From positions 2,301 to 66,300 of IMG/VR virus record IMGVR_UViG_3300044946_000177: 64,000 bases of DNA; one strand, given 5' to 3'. Shown piece after piece: positions 29,103 through 38,821 of the stretch. A program made the translations under genes and the position numbers. This DNA is from a virus. How positions within the stretch are numbered: the stretch's first letter is position 1; each line of letters starts with the position of its first letter. The notes under the pieces are model-generated. The model made no database searches. It saw only the letters and a list, made by a program, of their open reading frames with translations, and had not been told where the DNA came from.

Positions 29103-30887
29103 ATGATATCTCGTCGTCGACTACTCATCTCGGCAGCGGTGTTGACCTGCCCTTTTCGCGCGGCTGCGCAAATAGTAGGCGGTGGAGGCGCTACGCCGGT
29201 AACTTGGTATGCCGATAGCGTCGCAGGCAGTGATTCCAATCCGGGCACGTCTCAAGCCCTTCCATTTCAAACGTTGGCGGCCGTGAAGACGGCTATCGCG
29301 GCAAATCCAACTCACACCAGCGTTGCCCTCAAGTGCGGATCTTCGTTTCGCGAAGAAATCAGCACCGCGACTTCGATTGTTTCCTACGGCTCCGGCGCAG
29401 CCCCAATCATCGATGGCGCCAATGTCGTCACAGGCTGGACGCTGACCGCCGGACAGACCACGGTGTGGCAGCAGAGCGTGACGATCGACGTAGTGGACAT
29501 CAGCCGCTTGACTGCATACCAAAATGGGCTTTTGCTGCTGCGAGTCGCCAACGTGGCTACGTGCGCCTCGACCCCCGGATCGTTCGTCGACCCCGGTGAA
29601 CCGTTATCGAGCCCCGTCACGGTGCAAATCAATCCTGGCGGCGCTAATAATCCCAACACCGATGGCAACACCTACGAAGTATCCGTCCGCGAGTACGGAA
29701 TTCAGTGCAGCGGCGATGATTCTGTTGTTATCGGAATCAACACCAAGCGTCAGTTAATCAACAATGGCTCCTGCATTCTTATAGGCTTGGGCCAGACGAT
29801 AATAAACGTGCTGGCACAGGATGGCACCAAGCACAACCTATGGACTGGAAACGGATCAAATGTTGTAGATAGCATTTGTTGCCGTTGGGATGCGCCAACC
29901 TCGGTTGAACCCGTCAATAATCCGATCATTTCCTACGCAAACTCGCCGGAGACTCTCTCTGGCAACACGATCAGCCTTACTCGCGTTGGCGTGTTTTCGG
30001 ATGTGGGATACGTCTCAAATTCTGCGGCCTATTATGACCACGACGACTTGATGACGCTATTGACTAATTTTAATGCTCAGCAAGTATGGATCGGCGGGTG
30101 CAACGGGATCGGTCCCATCGCAAAGAACGTGACGGTCAATGGCTATTTCGCGACGCTCAGCTCTGAATTTGGAGTTGGCGCAACCGCCGATAATGGGGCG
30201 CTGAATTACATCCAGGTGAACGACACTGTTTTTGCGAATACCAATCAGGATTTTTCTTTTGCCCCCGCATCCGCTGGCGGTCCGATCGTGCTCAGCCATT
30301 CCGTCCTGTACGACGATGGATCGAACAACGCCTGCATCAACTTCAACAGCACGTTGAACAAGGTTAAATTGTCGTTTCTGAATTGGGTATTCTACCACGC
30401 CGCAAACCGCCGGACCTTCTTCGATTCGACCGGCTGGACCTCGGGCTCGCTTACTCTCAAGTATTGCATCTTCATGCACTCGACGGGCGGCAACATGCTC
30501 GTCATTCCGACCACAGTTCCGTATGTCGGCGATTACAATGTGTTCGTTGGGGCCACGGCTACGAGCCTGAGCCTGACCTACAACGGGACGACCTACACGA
30601 CGCTCGCGACGTGGCAGGCGGCGACCGGGCAGGACATGCATTCGATCGCGCTGGGAGCCTCCGATGTGGCGGCGCTGTTCTCGGGCACCGTGGCGAACGG
30701 GGACTTCCGGCTTGGCAGCACAGGTGCGGGCGCGCAGGCTGCGGCAATCGGCGCCGGACCTCAGTTCCATTGGGATTGGGTGGCAAAGGCTGTGGCCTCC
30801 GGGCCGCCGAGCCGATGGCCGACGCCGCCTCTCACGCTCGCTAACGCGCAGACCTACATTCAAAACCCTTCAGCATGGAGTTTCTGA
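29103..30887 (+). CDS. beta-helix protein with Tat-like signal
   Basis: SRRRLL motif; WYADSVAGSDSNPGTS...PFQT start typical of parallel beta-helix proteins. Confidence 0.7.
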   Translation: MISRRRLLISAAVLTCPFRAAAQIVGGGGATPVTWYADSVAGSDSNPGTSQALPFQTLAAVKTAIAANPTHTSVALKCGSSFREEISTATSIVSYGSGAAPIIDGANVVTGWTLTAGQTTVWQQSVTIDVVDISRLTAYQNGLLLLRVANVATCASTPGSFVDPGEPLSSPVTVQINPGGANNPNTDGNTYEVSVREYGIQCSGDDSVVIGINTKRQLINNGSCILIGLGQTIINVLAQDGTKHNLWTGNGSNVVDSICCRWDAPTSVEPVNNPIISYANSPETLSGNTISLTRVGVFSDVGYVSNSAAYYDHDDLMTLLTNFNAQQVWIGGCNGIGPIAKNVTVNGYFATLSSEFGVGATADNGALNYIQVNDTVFANTNQDFSFAPASAGGPIVLSHSVLYDDGSNNACINFNSTLNKVKLSFLNWVFYHAANRRTFFDSTGWTSGSLTLKYCIFMHSTGGNMLVIPTTVPYVGDYNVFVGATATSLSLTYNGTTYTTLATWQAATGQDMHSIALGASDVAALFSGTVANGDFRLGSTGAGAQAAAIGAGPQFHWDWVAKAVASGPPSRWPTPPLTLANAQTYIQNPSAWSF

Positions 30888-31507
30888 TGACCATCTCTCT
30901 CGCCCCGAACGTCTGGAATATCCGCTACAGCCCGAAGATGCCGCTGCATCCGGCGGCGCTGGCTGGAGGCGGCTGGACCTTCGCCTTTCCGGTCGCGCCG
31001 GCTGGCGCATGCCCGGCACCGGCTACGCAGCCGCCAAACTACAACGTGTCTAACTGTCCGCACGTCGACTATGTGACCACCAACTACAATCGGGCAGTTG
31101 TCGGAAAATCGATCACGATGGCTGGGAGTGTCACCGGAAACAATCCGGTTTTCGACTTTCATACCGCTTCCGACAACACCGGCCTTACACCGGCAACCGT
31201 TCGCCTGCTCATCGAGACCAGGGGGGACGGGCTTTTAATAAATCCAGAAGGCCGCTGGTGGTCGAATCCGATTTCGTTTCCCTTAGCGCTCGGCGCGTTT
31301 TCGATCACGGTGGCACTGACACCCGATCAGTGGTCAGATGTCGATGGACAGTTCGGCACCGCTGACCCGGCGGGATTCGCCTCATCTTTGAAAGATTGCG
31401 GACCGCTCGGCATGACGTTCGGCGGCGGTTCATTCTTCGGCCATGGCGTGTATCTGACCGCAGGGTCAGCCAACTTCAACCTTACGGCTTTTGAGATTAA
31501 TCCATGA
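30887..31507 (+). CDS. hypothetical beta-rich protein
   Basis: TGATG coupling. Confidence 0.65.
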   Translation: MTISLAPNVWNIRYSPKMPLHPAALAGGGWTFAFPVAPAGACPAPATQPPNYNVSNCPHVDYVTTNYNRAVVGKSITMAGSVTGNNPVFDFHTASDNTGLTPATVRLLIETRGDGLLINPEGRWWSNPISFPLALGAFSITVALTPDQWSDVDGQFGTADPAGFASSLKDCGPLGMTFGGGSFFGHGVYLTAGSANFNLTAFEINP

Positions 31508-31516
31508 GGGCGCCCG

Positions 31517-31771
31517 ATGCGCAGATTCCTTCTTCTGCTCCTAGCCGCTCCAGCTGCGGCTCAGCAGCTCCCGCCGCTCGACCCCGCGACCCAGCTCGGC
31601 GTCTGCCAGCAGCAGAAGGCCATCTTCCTTTCCGACAGCGAGCAGGCGCAGACGCTGATGCGACAGCTTGCGGCTGAGGTGGCAGGACTCAAGGCGAAGC
31701 TCGCCGATGCCGACCGCCAGCATGAGGCCGATGAAGCCGCGTTGCGCAGCGCAATCGAGGACGCAAAATGA
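31517..31771 (+). CDS. small secreted-type coiled-coil protein
   Basis: MRRFLLLLLAAPAAA|QQ. Confidence 0.65.
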   Translation: MRRFLLLLLAAPAAAQQLPPLDPATQLGVCQQQKAIFLSDSEQAQTLMRQLAAEVAGLKAKLADADRQHEADEAALRSAIEDAK

Positions 31772-32250
31772 CCGTCACCCAGAGCGGACTCGTCACCCCC
31801 AACCACGCTGCCATGTGGTCGACGACCGGCGTAATTGTTGATGGTGGCCCGATGCCCACGGGGCGGGTGATTGTTTCCGGCCGCGGGCTCAATTTCAACA
31901 CGACTGCCGATCAGCCTATTGCAATCCCGCAATACATAACTTCCTTCCGGATCGCCAACATCATCATCACCAATGCTTCGATCAGCCTGACGACGGCGCA
32001 AGGCGGGTTCTACCCGGCCGCCTCCAAGGGCGGCACGCCGATCGTGGCGAACTCGCAGGCATACTCGGCGCTGACGACGCCGGCCGGGCTGATGACTGCC
32101 ACGCTGGCGTCATTTGGATCCGGCACGCGGTTTTCGTCGGCGAATCTCGGGACGATCGGCGGCCTCCTTGCGATCTGGTTTTCGCTTTCAGTTGCTCAAG
32201 GTGCGGCGGCGACTGCGGACATCTACTTCGTAATTGATAATTTGAGTTGA
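31768..32250 (+). CDS. virion-type protein sharing N-terminal motif with tailspike
   Basis: QSGLVTPNH..W.T.GV..D.G. Confidence 0.65.
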   Translation: MTVTQSGLVTPNHAAMWSTTGVIVDGGPMPTGRVIVSGRGLNFNTTADQPIAIPQYITSFRIANIIITNASISLTTAQGGFYPAASKGGTPIVANSQAYSALTTPAGLMTATLASFGSGTRFSSANLGTIGGLLAIWFSLSVAQGAAATADIYFVIDNLS

Positions 32251-32254
32251 GCGC

Positions 32255-34201
32255 ATGAAAAAAATTATCGCACTCCTGTTCGCTCTTGGTACTTCTCCGG
32301 CGTCAGCACAACAACCGGTTGTGCAGTCAGGTTTTGTAACTCCTGGTCACGGCGTTAATTGGATCACCAACGGCGTGGTCGGCGACAGCGGCGCCCCGAG
32401 CGGCGGCGTCGGCCTGGTCGGCAGCTTCGTCATCAACGACATGCTGTGCGCCAGCGCGACCGGCACAAGCATCTCGGTCATCGACTGCGGGTTCTCAGCG
32501 ACCGGGACCAACAATTGGGTCGGACTGCAAAATCTGAACGGAGGCGCAACAGCGCCCACGCGGCCAGCGAACGATTCCACGACCAACGTCGCCACCACCG
32601 CCTTCGTCCAGAATTTTGGTGCCGCGCCCGCCAACGTGATGAACTTCGGCGCGAAGTGCGATGGCTCGACCGACGACACGACCGCCATCCAGACCGTCCT
32701 GAACACCTATAAGTACGTCCTGATCCCAGGGGTGTGCAAGGTTTCGACCGTGACGGTAGGTTCTGCCTTTCTAGGGCAAACGCTTGTCGGTTCCGGTAGC
32801 GGCGTATCTTTTCTAACTTCTTCGTCCACCACGGCGGACATTATACAGGTAGCGGCCACAAGCTACGGAGTTATAATCAGGGATTTTGGTATCAAGCGCT
32901 CAGTTACGGCTTCGGCAGGCTGCGGAATCCACTATTTAGGTTATGTGGACGTGCCAGAAATCGTCAACATGGAGATTCAGCAGCAATACGTTGGACTCTG
33001 CCTGTCCAGCACTGGTTACGGAATTCTTAGAAACAGTTTTATTCACAATAATATCAGCGACAACTGGACAATTAGCAATCCGACTATAAACAATCAGTAT
33101 CAGTGGTATCTCGACACGGTTCTCGGCGAGAGCAGCGGGGGCCGGTGTTCTACGGTGACTGCGCCACCGACTGCGGCTTTAGGCGCCACTGTAACCATGG
33201 GGACGTGGACTAACGTCTTCTGTTTTGCAAATACGGGAAAAGGTAATGCCTTCCTAGGTAATTCTTCAGTTGGAATTTACGGAGTTAGAATTATTGGTGG
33301 GTTTCACGGGACGGATGGAGACGTCGAAGATTATTTCGACACCTATTCCGGGGGAATCCAAATTAATGGATTGTTTACGGAGCAAACGGCTTCTAATAGT
33401 TGCATCCAATTTACTTCCAATGTGTCCGACGCGACGCTGACTGGTGTAGTCGCCCGTAGTTGTTCAGCGGCTGGGATCGCCAGTGCCGCTACGACAATGT
33501 TGAACCTTACTGGCGGGGCGCTGATCACGAACGGTACCTACGGCTTGGTCAACACGGGCATTGCCAACCTGACAGGCGTCGAGTTCAACGCAAATACGGC
33601 GGGAACCGTCAGCAACTCCGGCACCTTCACCGGCCGCAGCAATTCTCCGGCAAGCGTCGACACGCTTCTCGGTCTCGCTCAAGGCGGGACGAACGCCAAC
33701 CTCTCCGCGACCGGCGGCACATCCCAGGTTCTCAAGCAGGTTTCGACCGGAGCCGCGGTCACAGTCGGCCAGCTTCAGTGTACCGATCTCTCGACCGCTG
33801 GTACCGCCTGCACGGCCAACACGGGGACTTCTGGCGCCAACGTGCCCTTGCTCAACGGCAATAACACGAACAGCGGCCTGAACACATTTTCCGGACAGAT
33901 CGTCTCGACTTTCGGTACTCCCACGATCGCTTCGGGCGCGTGCGGAACTGGAACGAACGGGAGCATTTCCGGCACCAACCAGTCAGGAAGCATCACAATT
34001 GGAGCTTCGGCAACAACGACCTGTACTATTTCATTTTCTACGACTATAACAGCTCCAGGGGCGTGCTTGATCTTTCCTGGCAACGCGGCTGCTGCCGCGA
34101 CCGGAACGACGGTGGCACGTGTCGGAACGCCCTCGGCAACAGCGTGGGTCGTTACTGGGTCCGCACTGGCGAACACCGTATATAGTTACATCTGTCTGTA
34201 A
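32255..34201 (+). CDS. pectate-lyase-like tailspike with signal peptide
   Basis: NVMNFGAKCDGSTDDTTAIQ (Pectate_lyase_3 start); APTR..ND.TT.VATTAFVQ fibre motif; MKKIIALLFALGTSPASA|Q. Confidence 0.8.
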   Translation: MKKIIALLFALGTSPASAQQPVVQSGFVTPGHGVNWITNGVVGDSGAPSGGVGLVGSFVINDMLCASATGTSISVIDCGFSATGTNNWVGLQNLNGGATAPTRPANDSTTNVATTAFVQNFGAAPANVMNFGAKCDGSTDDTTAIQTVLNTYKYVLIPGVCKVSTVTVGSAFLGQTLVGSGSGVSFLTSSSTTADIIQVAATSYGVIIRDFGIKRSVTASAGCGIHYLGYVDVPEIVNMEIQQQYVGLCLSSTGYGILRNSFIHNNISDNWTISNPTINNQYQWYLDTVLGESSGGRCSTVTAPPTAALGATVTMGTWTNVFCFANTGKGNAFLGNSSVGIYGVRIIGGFHGTDGDVEDYFDTYSGGIQINGLFTEQTASNSCIQFTSNVSDATLTGVVARSCSAAGIASAATTMLNLTGGALITNGTYGLVNTGIANLTGVEFNANTAGTVSNSGTFTGRSNSPASVDTLLGLAQGGTNANLSATGGTSQVLKQVSTGAAVTVGQLQCTDLSTAGTACTANTGTSGANVPLLNGNNTNSGLNTFSGQIVSTFGTPTIASGACGTGTNGSISGTNQSGSITIGASATTTCTISFSTTITAPGACLIFPGNAAAAATGTTVARVGTPSATAWVVTGSALANTVYSYICL

Positions 34202-34268
34202 GGATCGCGGCATCGTTTTTATGTGGATCATTTGCCTCTCAAGGAGCTGACAAAAAGGACAAACAGAA

Positions 34269-34604
34269 ATGAACCCGAATACCTGGATCAGTTTTTTGAC
34301 TACCACGATCGGCGCTGCTGCTACGGCTTCGGCGACAGATGGATTGATCACTGGAAACGCGGCTCAAACAATCATTAGCGTGGCGGGCATAGCGGTTCCC
34401 TATCTCTGGGGCCTGTTCATCCACCGGGACAGCAGGGTCGTCCAGACGGCATCAGTCGTTCCCGGCGTCGAGCCGATCAGAATCTCGCCGGAGGCGTCGC
34501 CTCAGTTGCTGGCGCTCGCCGCCGATCGCAGTATTCCGACCGTGCAGCCGGTCGGGCCTCCCTTCGCACCTTCCACCGGTGCCTCACAACAGCAAAGGCG
34601 GTAA
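34269..34604 (+). CDS. holin-like membrane protein
   Basis: Two hydrophobic segments upstream of endolysin. Confidence 0.5.
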   Translation: MNPNTWISFLTTTIGAAATASATDGLITGNAAQTIISVAGIAVPYLWGLFIHRDSRVVQTASVVPGVEPIRISPEASPQLLALAADRSIPTVQPVGPPFAPSTGASQQQRR

Positions 34605-34607
34605 AAA

Positions 34608-34841
34608 ATGAACTGGACAGCTCTGCTTCTCGTCGCCACGAAATACCTTCCTGCGCTGATCAACATGATTCAGCAGGACGCGCCAACCGTGCAGGCGTTC
34701 ATCAAGGACATCGAAGCCGCACTGCAAGCCAGTCCGACTCCAGTCGCGCTGCCTGATCTTGGGGCGCAGCTTGGGCAGCTCCTGGCCAACGTAAAGGCTG
34801 GGAACATGAACGTCGCCGGGCCGCCGAAGTTCACCTCATGA
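34608..34841 (+). CDS. hypothetical protein
   Basis: Lysis region ORF. Confidence 0.6.
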   Translation: MNWTALLLVATKYLPALINMIQQDAPTVQAFIKDIEAALQASPTPVALPDLGAQLGQLLANVKAGNMNVAGPPKFTS

Positions 34842-35095
34842 AGTACCGCAAAAAGCCTGTCGTTATTGAAGCGTTTCAATGGCGCCCGCTATCTTCTGAT
34901 GCGGCGGACAAAGCTGTTCCCGATTGGCTTGTCATGAGCGAATACGATCTCGGCCCCGGAAATTCCCTGTTTATAAAAACGCTGGAGGGCACGATGAGAG
35001 CCGACCCTGACGATTGGATCATCAAGGGGGTCAAGGGTGAAATATACCCCTGCAAGCCGGACATCTTCGCGGCGACTTACGAGCCAGCTTCATGA
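34838..35095 (+). CDS. conserved small phage protein
   Basis: MKYRKKPVVIEA...TLEG...WIIKGVKGEIYPCKPDIF. Confidence 0.8.
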   Translation: MKYRKKPVVIEAFQWRPLSSDAADKAVPDWLVMSEYDLGPGNSLFIKTLEGTMRADPDDWIIKGVKGEIYPCKPDIFAATYEPAS

Positions 35096-36369
35096 ACCTC
35101 GATCCCACGCAAATCATGCTTCTCGCCCTTCTCGTGAGCATGGGCGCGGACAAGCTGTTCGTGGGATATCTGATCAGCCTGTTGGCGAGGAGCAGCCGTG
35201 CGCAACCCGTCAGCCCTCCTGTTGCTATCCCTCCCGCTGGGCCTGTTCCAGTCTCTCCTGGTCCTGTCGCTGTTCAACCGCCCGTCGGTCCCGCTCCCGC
35301 GGCCCCACCCGCCGTCATACCTCCAGTCGTTGTTCTCCCCGCCCCACCACTCCCGCCCCCCGTGGTTGTCCCGCCAGCACCCATCCCATCCCCCGCTGCC
35401 GGCCTTCCTCGATTTACCAACATCACCACATCCAGCTTCGCAGGGGTCGGAGACAGCGAAGTCTCAAAAGAGTCCGCCTACTATCCAGAGCACTACCCCA
35501 ACAAGTACATCGAAAGCGACAACCCCGGCGCAGCCCTCCCCTACCACTTCCCCGGAACTCCCCCGGTCATCCGCGTCTTCTTCCGCGGCAAGACCGTCGA
35601 CTGTCCCATCGTCGATGTCGGGCCGTGGAATACCCACGACCCCTATTGGGATCACGGTGCCCGTCCCCAGGCCGAGAGCGGAACCGACACGACTGGCAGG
35701 AGAACCAACCATGCCGGACTCGATCTCACACCAGGGGCATGGAGCGCGCTCGGCAAGACCGGCAACCTCGACGACATCACGGACGTCACGTCATGGGACT
35801 TCGTGTCTGTGCTCGACAAAGGCAATCCGCCATCACCAGCTACAGCGCAGCCATCGGCGCCGTTAAGCGGCGGGACCATCCTCCAGAAGAACGTGTGGCC
35901 GTCTCAATCGCAGGCCACGTCCTTCTTCGGCAATCCAGCTTCGGCGGGATGGGAGACGGCGAATCTCGTCGAGGTGACCTGCCCGTGGGAATTGACCGTC
36001 GAGGGAACCAAGACCGATCGGATCAAGATTCACCGAAAGTGCGCACTGAGTCTCGGGCGCGTGCTTGACTACATCTGGGAGCAATGCGGAAAGTCGCAGG
36101 CACTGATCAATGCGTTCGGGTACAACGTCTTCGACGGCTCCTACAACTATCGCCCAATCGCCAACACATCGATATTGAGCGAGCACGCCTACGGCGGCGC
36201 GCTCGACTTCAACGCGGCGGCAAATCCGCAGCACGCGACAGCGTCACAAACCAAGTTCAAGGAAGACAGCCTGATTGTCCAAGCGTTCAAGGGCGAAAGC
36301 TGGACGTGGGGCGGCGACTGGTCGCCGGCCTACAGAGACGCGATGCACTTTCAAGCCCTCAAAGCGTAG
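35092..36369 (+). CDS. modular endolysin (TM, Pro linker, RlpA/DPBB-like domain, M15 peptidase)
   Basis: IVDVGPW...LDLTP; YR...SEHAYGGALD...WGGDW...DAMHFQ. Confidence 0.85.
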   Translation: MNLDPTQIMLLALLVSMGADKLFVGYLISLLARSSRAQPVSPPVAIPPAGPVPVSPGPVAVQPPVGPAPAAPPAVIPPVVVLPAPPLPPPVVVPPAPIPSPAAGLPRFTNITTSSFAGVGDSEVSKESAYYPEHYPNKYIESDNPGAALPYHFPGTPPVIRVFFRGKTVDCPIVDVGPWNTHDPYWDHGARPQAESGTDTTGRRTNHAGLDLTPGAWSALGKTGNLDDITDVTSWDFVSVLDKGNPPSPATAQPSAPLSGGTILQKNVWPSQSQATSFFGNPASAGWETANLVEVTCPWELTVEGTKTDRIKIHRKCALSLGRVLDYIWEQCGKSQALINAFGYNVFDGSYNYRPIANTSILSEHAYGGALDFNAAANPQHATASQTKFKEDSLIVQAFKGESWTWGGDWSPAYRDAMHFQALKA

Positions 36370-36380
36370 GAGAAATACAC

Positions 36381-37517
36381 ATGACTGTAAAAACCATCAC
36401 CCGCCCAGACGGGCGCACCGCGCGCTTCGGCCGCAGGAAGCCAGCAGCCCTACGAGAGATCGCCAAGCTCTCGTCCTTCGCCGCGACGCTTCCGACGCCA
36501 CCGCCGTCTACCAATTATGCGGCGAAGGCAGCGTCCGTGCTCTCGCAGATGTACGAGAATGATCAGCTGGGCGACTGCGTGCCTGCCGGGCTCGCCCACG
36601 TCGACGGAGTGCTTATTTCGAACCAGCCGGCCACGGCTCCAATCCTGACCAACGCGCAGATCAACACGATCTACGAGTCCTGCGGCTACGTTCCCGGCAA
36701 CCCGAACACCGACAATGGCTGCGAGGTGCTGCAGACGATCGACTGGTGGATGGAAAACCCATTACCGGGCGGCACTAAGCCGGTCGGAGTCCTGTCCGTC
36801 GACCCGACGAATCAGAACGAGGTCATGCTGGCGATCTGGCTGTTCGGCAACCTGATCATCGGCATCGACCTCCCTGACGCCTGGATCACGCCATTCCCGT
36901 CGGCAAACGGGTTTACCTGGGACGTGGCGGGCGCGCCAGACCCGAACAACGGCCACTGCCCGCCCGGCATCGACTACACCGCCGAGGGCATGGTCATCTC
37001 GACCTGGGGCATGACCGGAACCATGACGTGGGCCGCGGTCGCCTACTATCTTGCGGCAGCGCAGGGTGGCGAGGCATACGTCGTCATCAGCCAGGACAGC
37101 CTAAATGCTGCCACCGGCCTCGCGCCGGATGGATTCAATTGGTCGCAAATGGTTGCCTACTTTGACAGCATGGGCGGCAATGTGACGCCACCGGTCACCC
37201 CGCCGGTCACCCCGCCGGTCACCCCGCCGGTCACCCCGCCCGTAACGCCTCCTGTCACTCCCCCAGGATCAGCGCCGAGCCACGCCGCGCTCGATCAGGC
37301 ATTGACGGCCCTTGGCCGCGTCATCAACGAAATCCAGAACCCCAACGTGCGCAGCGACGTGCAGAGGGAGTTCCGGGTAGTCAGCAGTCAGGCGGCAGCC
37401 TACGAGACTGCGGTTGCGGCTGGCTGGGGAACGACGCCTTCGCCAGCTCCATCCCGGCCACCCCAGCAGGACAATCCGCAGCCGCCTCGACGCCCCGGCG
37501 GGGGTGGGCGACGTTAA
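36381..37517 (+). CDS. papain-like cysteine peptidase with VTPP linker
   Basis: NDQLGDCV, GHC, ISTWG motifs; AGGAG RBS. Confidence 0.7.
   Translation: MTVKTITRPDGRTARFGRRKPAALREIAKLSSFAATLPTPPPSTNYAAKAASVLSQMYENDQLGDCVPAGLAHVDGVLISNQPATAPILTNAQINTIYESCGYVPGNPNTDNGCEVLQTIDWWMENPLPGGTKPVGVLSVDPTNQNEVMLAIWLFGNLIIGIDLPDAWITPFPSANGFTWDVAGAPDPNNGHCPPGIDYTAEGMVISTWGMTGTMTWAAVAYYLAAAQGGEAYVVISQDSLNAATGLAPDGFNWSQMVAYFDSMGGNVTPPVTPPVTPPVTPPVTPPVTPPVTPPGSAPSHAALDQALTALGRVINEIQNPNVRSDVQREFRVVSSQAAAYETAVAAGWGTTPSPAPSRPPQQDNPQPPRRPGGGGRR
37182..37265 (+). repeat. 7 x 12-bp coding repeat (VTPP)
   Basis: gtcaccccgccg units. Confidence 0.95.
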
Positions 37518-37614
37518 CATGCGCGCGCCCCCCATATTCAAGATACCGGCCTACGTCGTCCTGTGGGTGAACGGCGTCGGCGTCTTCCTGCATCCACACA
37601 AGGAGAATCTCATC

Positions 37615-37932
37615 ATGTTGAATCTGACGGTGGGCCACACCGCAACTCTTGGCATCACGTACCTCGACCAGAACGGCAACCCGATGCTCACGGCGCCGGT
37701 CCCCGACAGTCCGCCTTCCTGGACAAACAACCCGTCGGCGCCGGGCGTCGACACTTTTACCCCGTCCACCGATGGGACCTCCGCTACCTTGGTTGCGAAT
37801 TCGGCAGGCAGCGACTCTGTCGGCCTGAGCGTGATCGTCGGCGGCCAGACGTTTCCGGCATCGCTTGCGGTTACGATTAGTGCGGAGGCACAGGTCTTGA
37901 CCTCCGTCGCGATCACGTCGACCGTGAACTGA
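37615..37932 (+). CDS. Ig-like beta protein
   Basis: AAGGAG RBS; LDQNGNP. Confidence 0.65.
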   Translation: MLNLTVGHTATLGITYLDQNGNPMLTAPVPDSPPSWTNNPSAPGVDTFTPSTDGTSATLVANSAGSDSVGLSVIVGGQTFPASLAVTISAEAQVLTSVAITSTVN

Positions 37933-37949
37933 CACGAAAGAAAGCGCGT

Positions 37950-37979
37950 AAGCGACCCCGTTGGTTGGGGCCGCTTTTT
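37950..37979 (+). terminator. intrinsic terminator
   Basis: agcgacccc/ggggccgct imperfect stem plus T run. Confidence 0.6.
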
Positions 37980-37993
37980 AACGGAGATGAAAA

Positions 37994-38158
37994 ATGCCGA
38001 TCGGAATGGTTTTCTGGATGCTCATGATCCTGTGGGTTATCTTCTGGGGATGGACGACTTGGGGACCTGGTACGACGTACGCCTGGGGCGGGAGTCTGCT
38101 GTTATTCGTCCTGCTGTTCCTCCTCGGTTGGCACGACTTTGGTTTCGTGGTGCACTGA
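37994..38158 (+). CDS. small 2-TM membrane protein
   Basis: Read by hand: MPIGMVFWMLMILWVIFWGW...; GGAG RBS. Confidence 0.65.
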   Translation: MPIGMVFWMLMILWVIFWGWTTWGPGTTYAWGGSLLLFVLLFLLGWHDFGFVVH

Positions 38159-38168
38159 GCGGCGACGG

Positions 38169-38408
38169 ATGACCTTCGCCGATATAGCTAGCCTTATCAC
38201 CGCTGTCGCTGCCCTCGGCGGCGTATTCATGGGCTTCCGAAACAGCCGTAAAATTCAGGAAGTTCACCTTTCCATCAACAGCCGAATGGATCAACTTTTA
38301 TTGGCGACCAAAGAGTCCGCACACGCGGCTGGCGTGAACGAAGAGAAGGCCAAGAACATTCCCGAGCAAACCATTACGGTGCCGGAGCAGACACTCAAGG
38401 TCCAATAG
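38169..38408 (+). CDS. membrane-anchored protein
   Basis: N-terminal TM plus coiled coil. Confidence 0.6.
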   Translation: MTFADIASLITAVAALGGVFMGFRNSRKIQEVHLSINSRMDQLLLATKESAHAAGVNEEKAKNIPEQTITVPEQTLKVQ

Positions 38409-38446
38409 TGCCGCAATCCAAACGGCCGTAAAACGCGAAATGTGAA

Positions 38447-38758
38447 GTGGCTCACACCAGTGACGATCGGCGCGAGGTAGAAGAACAAGCAAGGCGAGGC
38501 GCTTACCTCGTCGCAGGACACACGCCAGAGACCCAACTGGCCCTGATCACTCGCGACATGGAGCACCTGATCAAAAAGGTGCACAAAACGGAAGACGAAA
38601 ATGAAAAGCTCAGGCAGCGCCAGGACGCGCTGGAGAAGGCGTTCGACAATTTGATCGTCCGCGGGACGACTGCCTTCGCCCTGGTAGTGGCCGCTGGAGT
38701 GTTTCTAGGATGGTTGGCATCGTTCATCAAGGACGCCCGCAACCTTATTGGGCGTTGA
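38447..38758 (+). CDS. coiled-coil protein with C-terminal TM
   Basis: Composition. Confidence 0.6.
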   Translation: MAHTSDDRREVEEQARRGAYLVAGHTPETQLALITRDMEHLIKKVHKTEDENEKLRQRQDALEKAFDNLIVRGTTAFALVVAAGVFLGWLASFIKDARNLIGR

Positions 38759-38821
38759 CATGGCGCCAAAGGATAGCCGTGTTCTCGATGTGCCTCGGGC
38801 TTGGCCTCGCAACCGCGTTCC

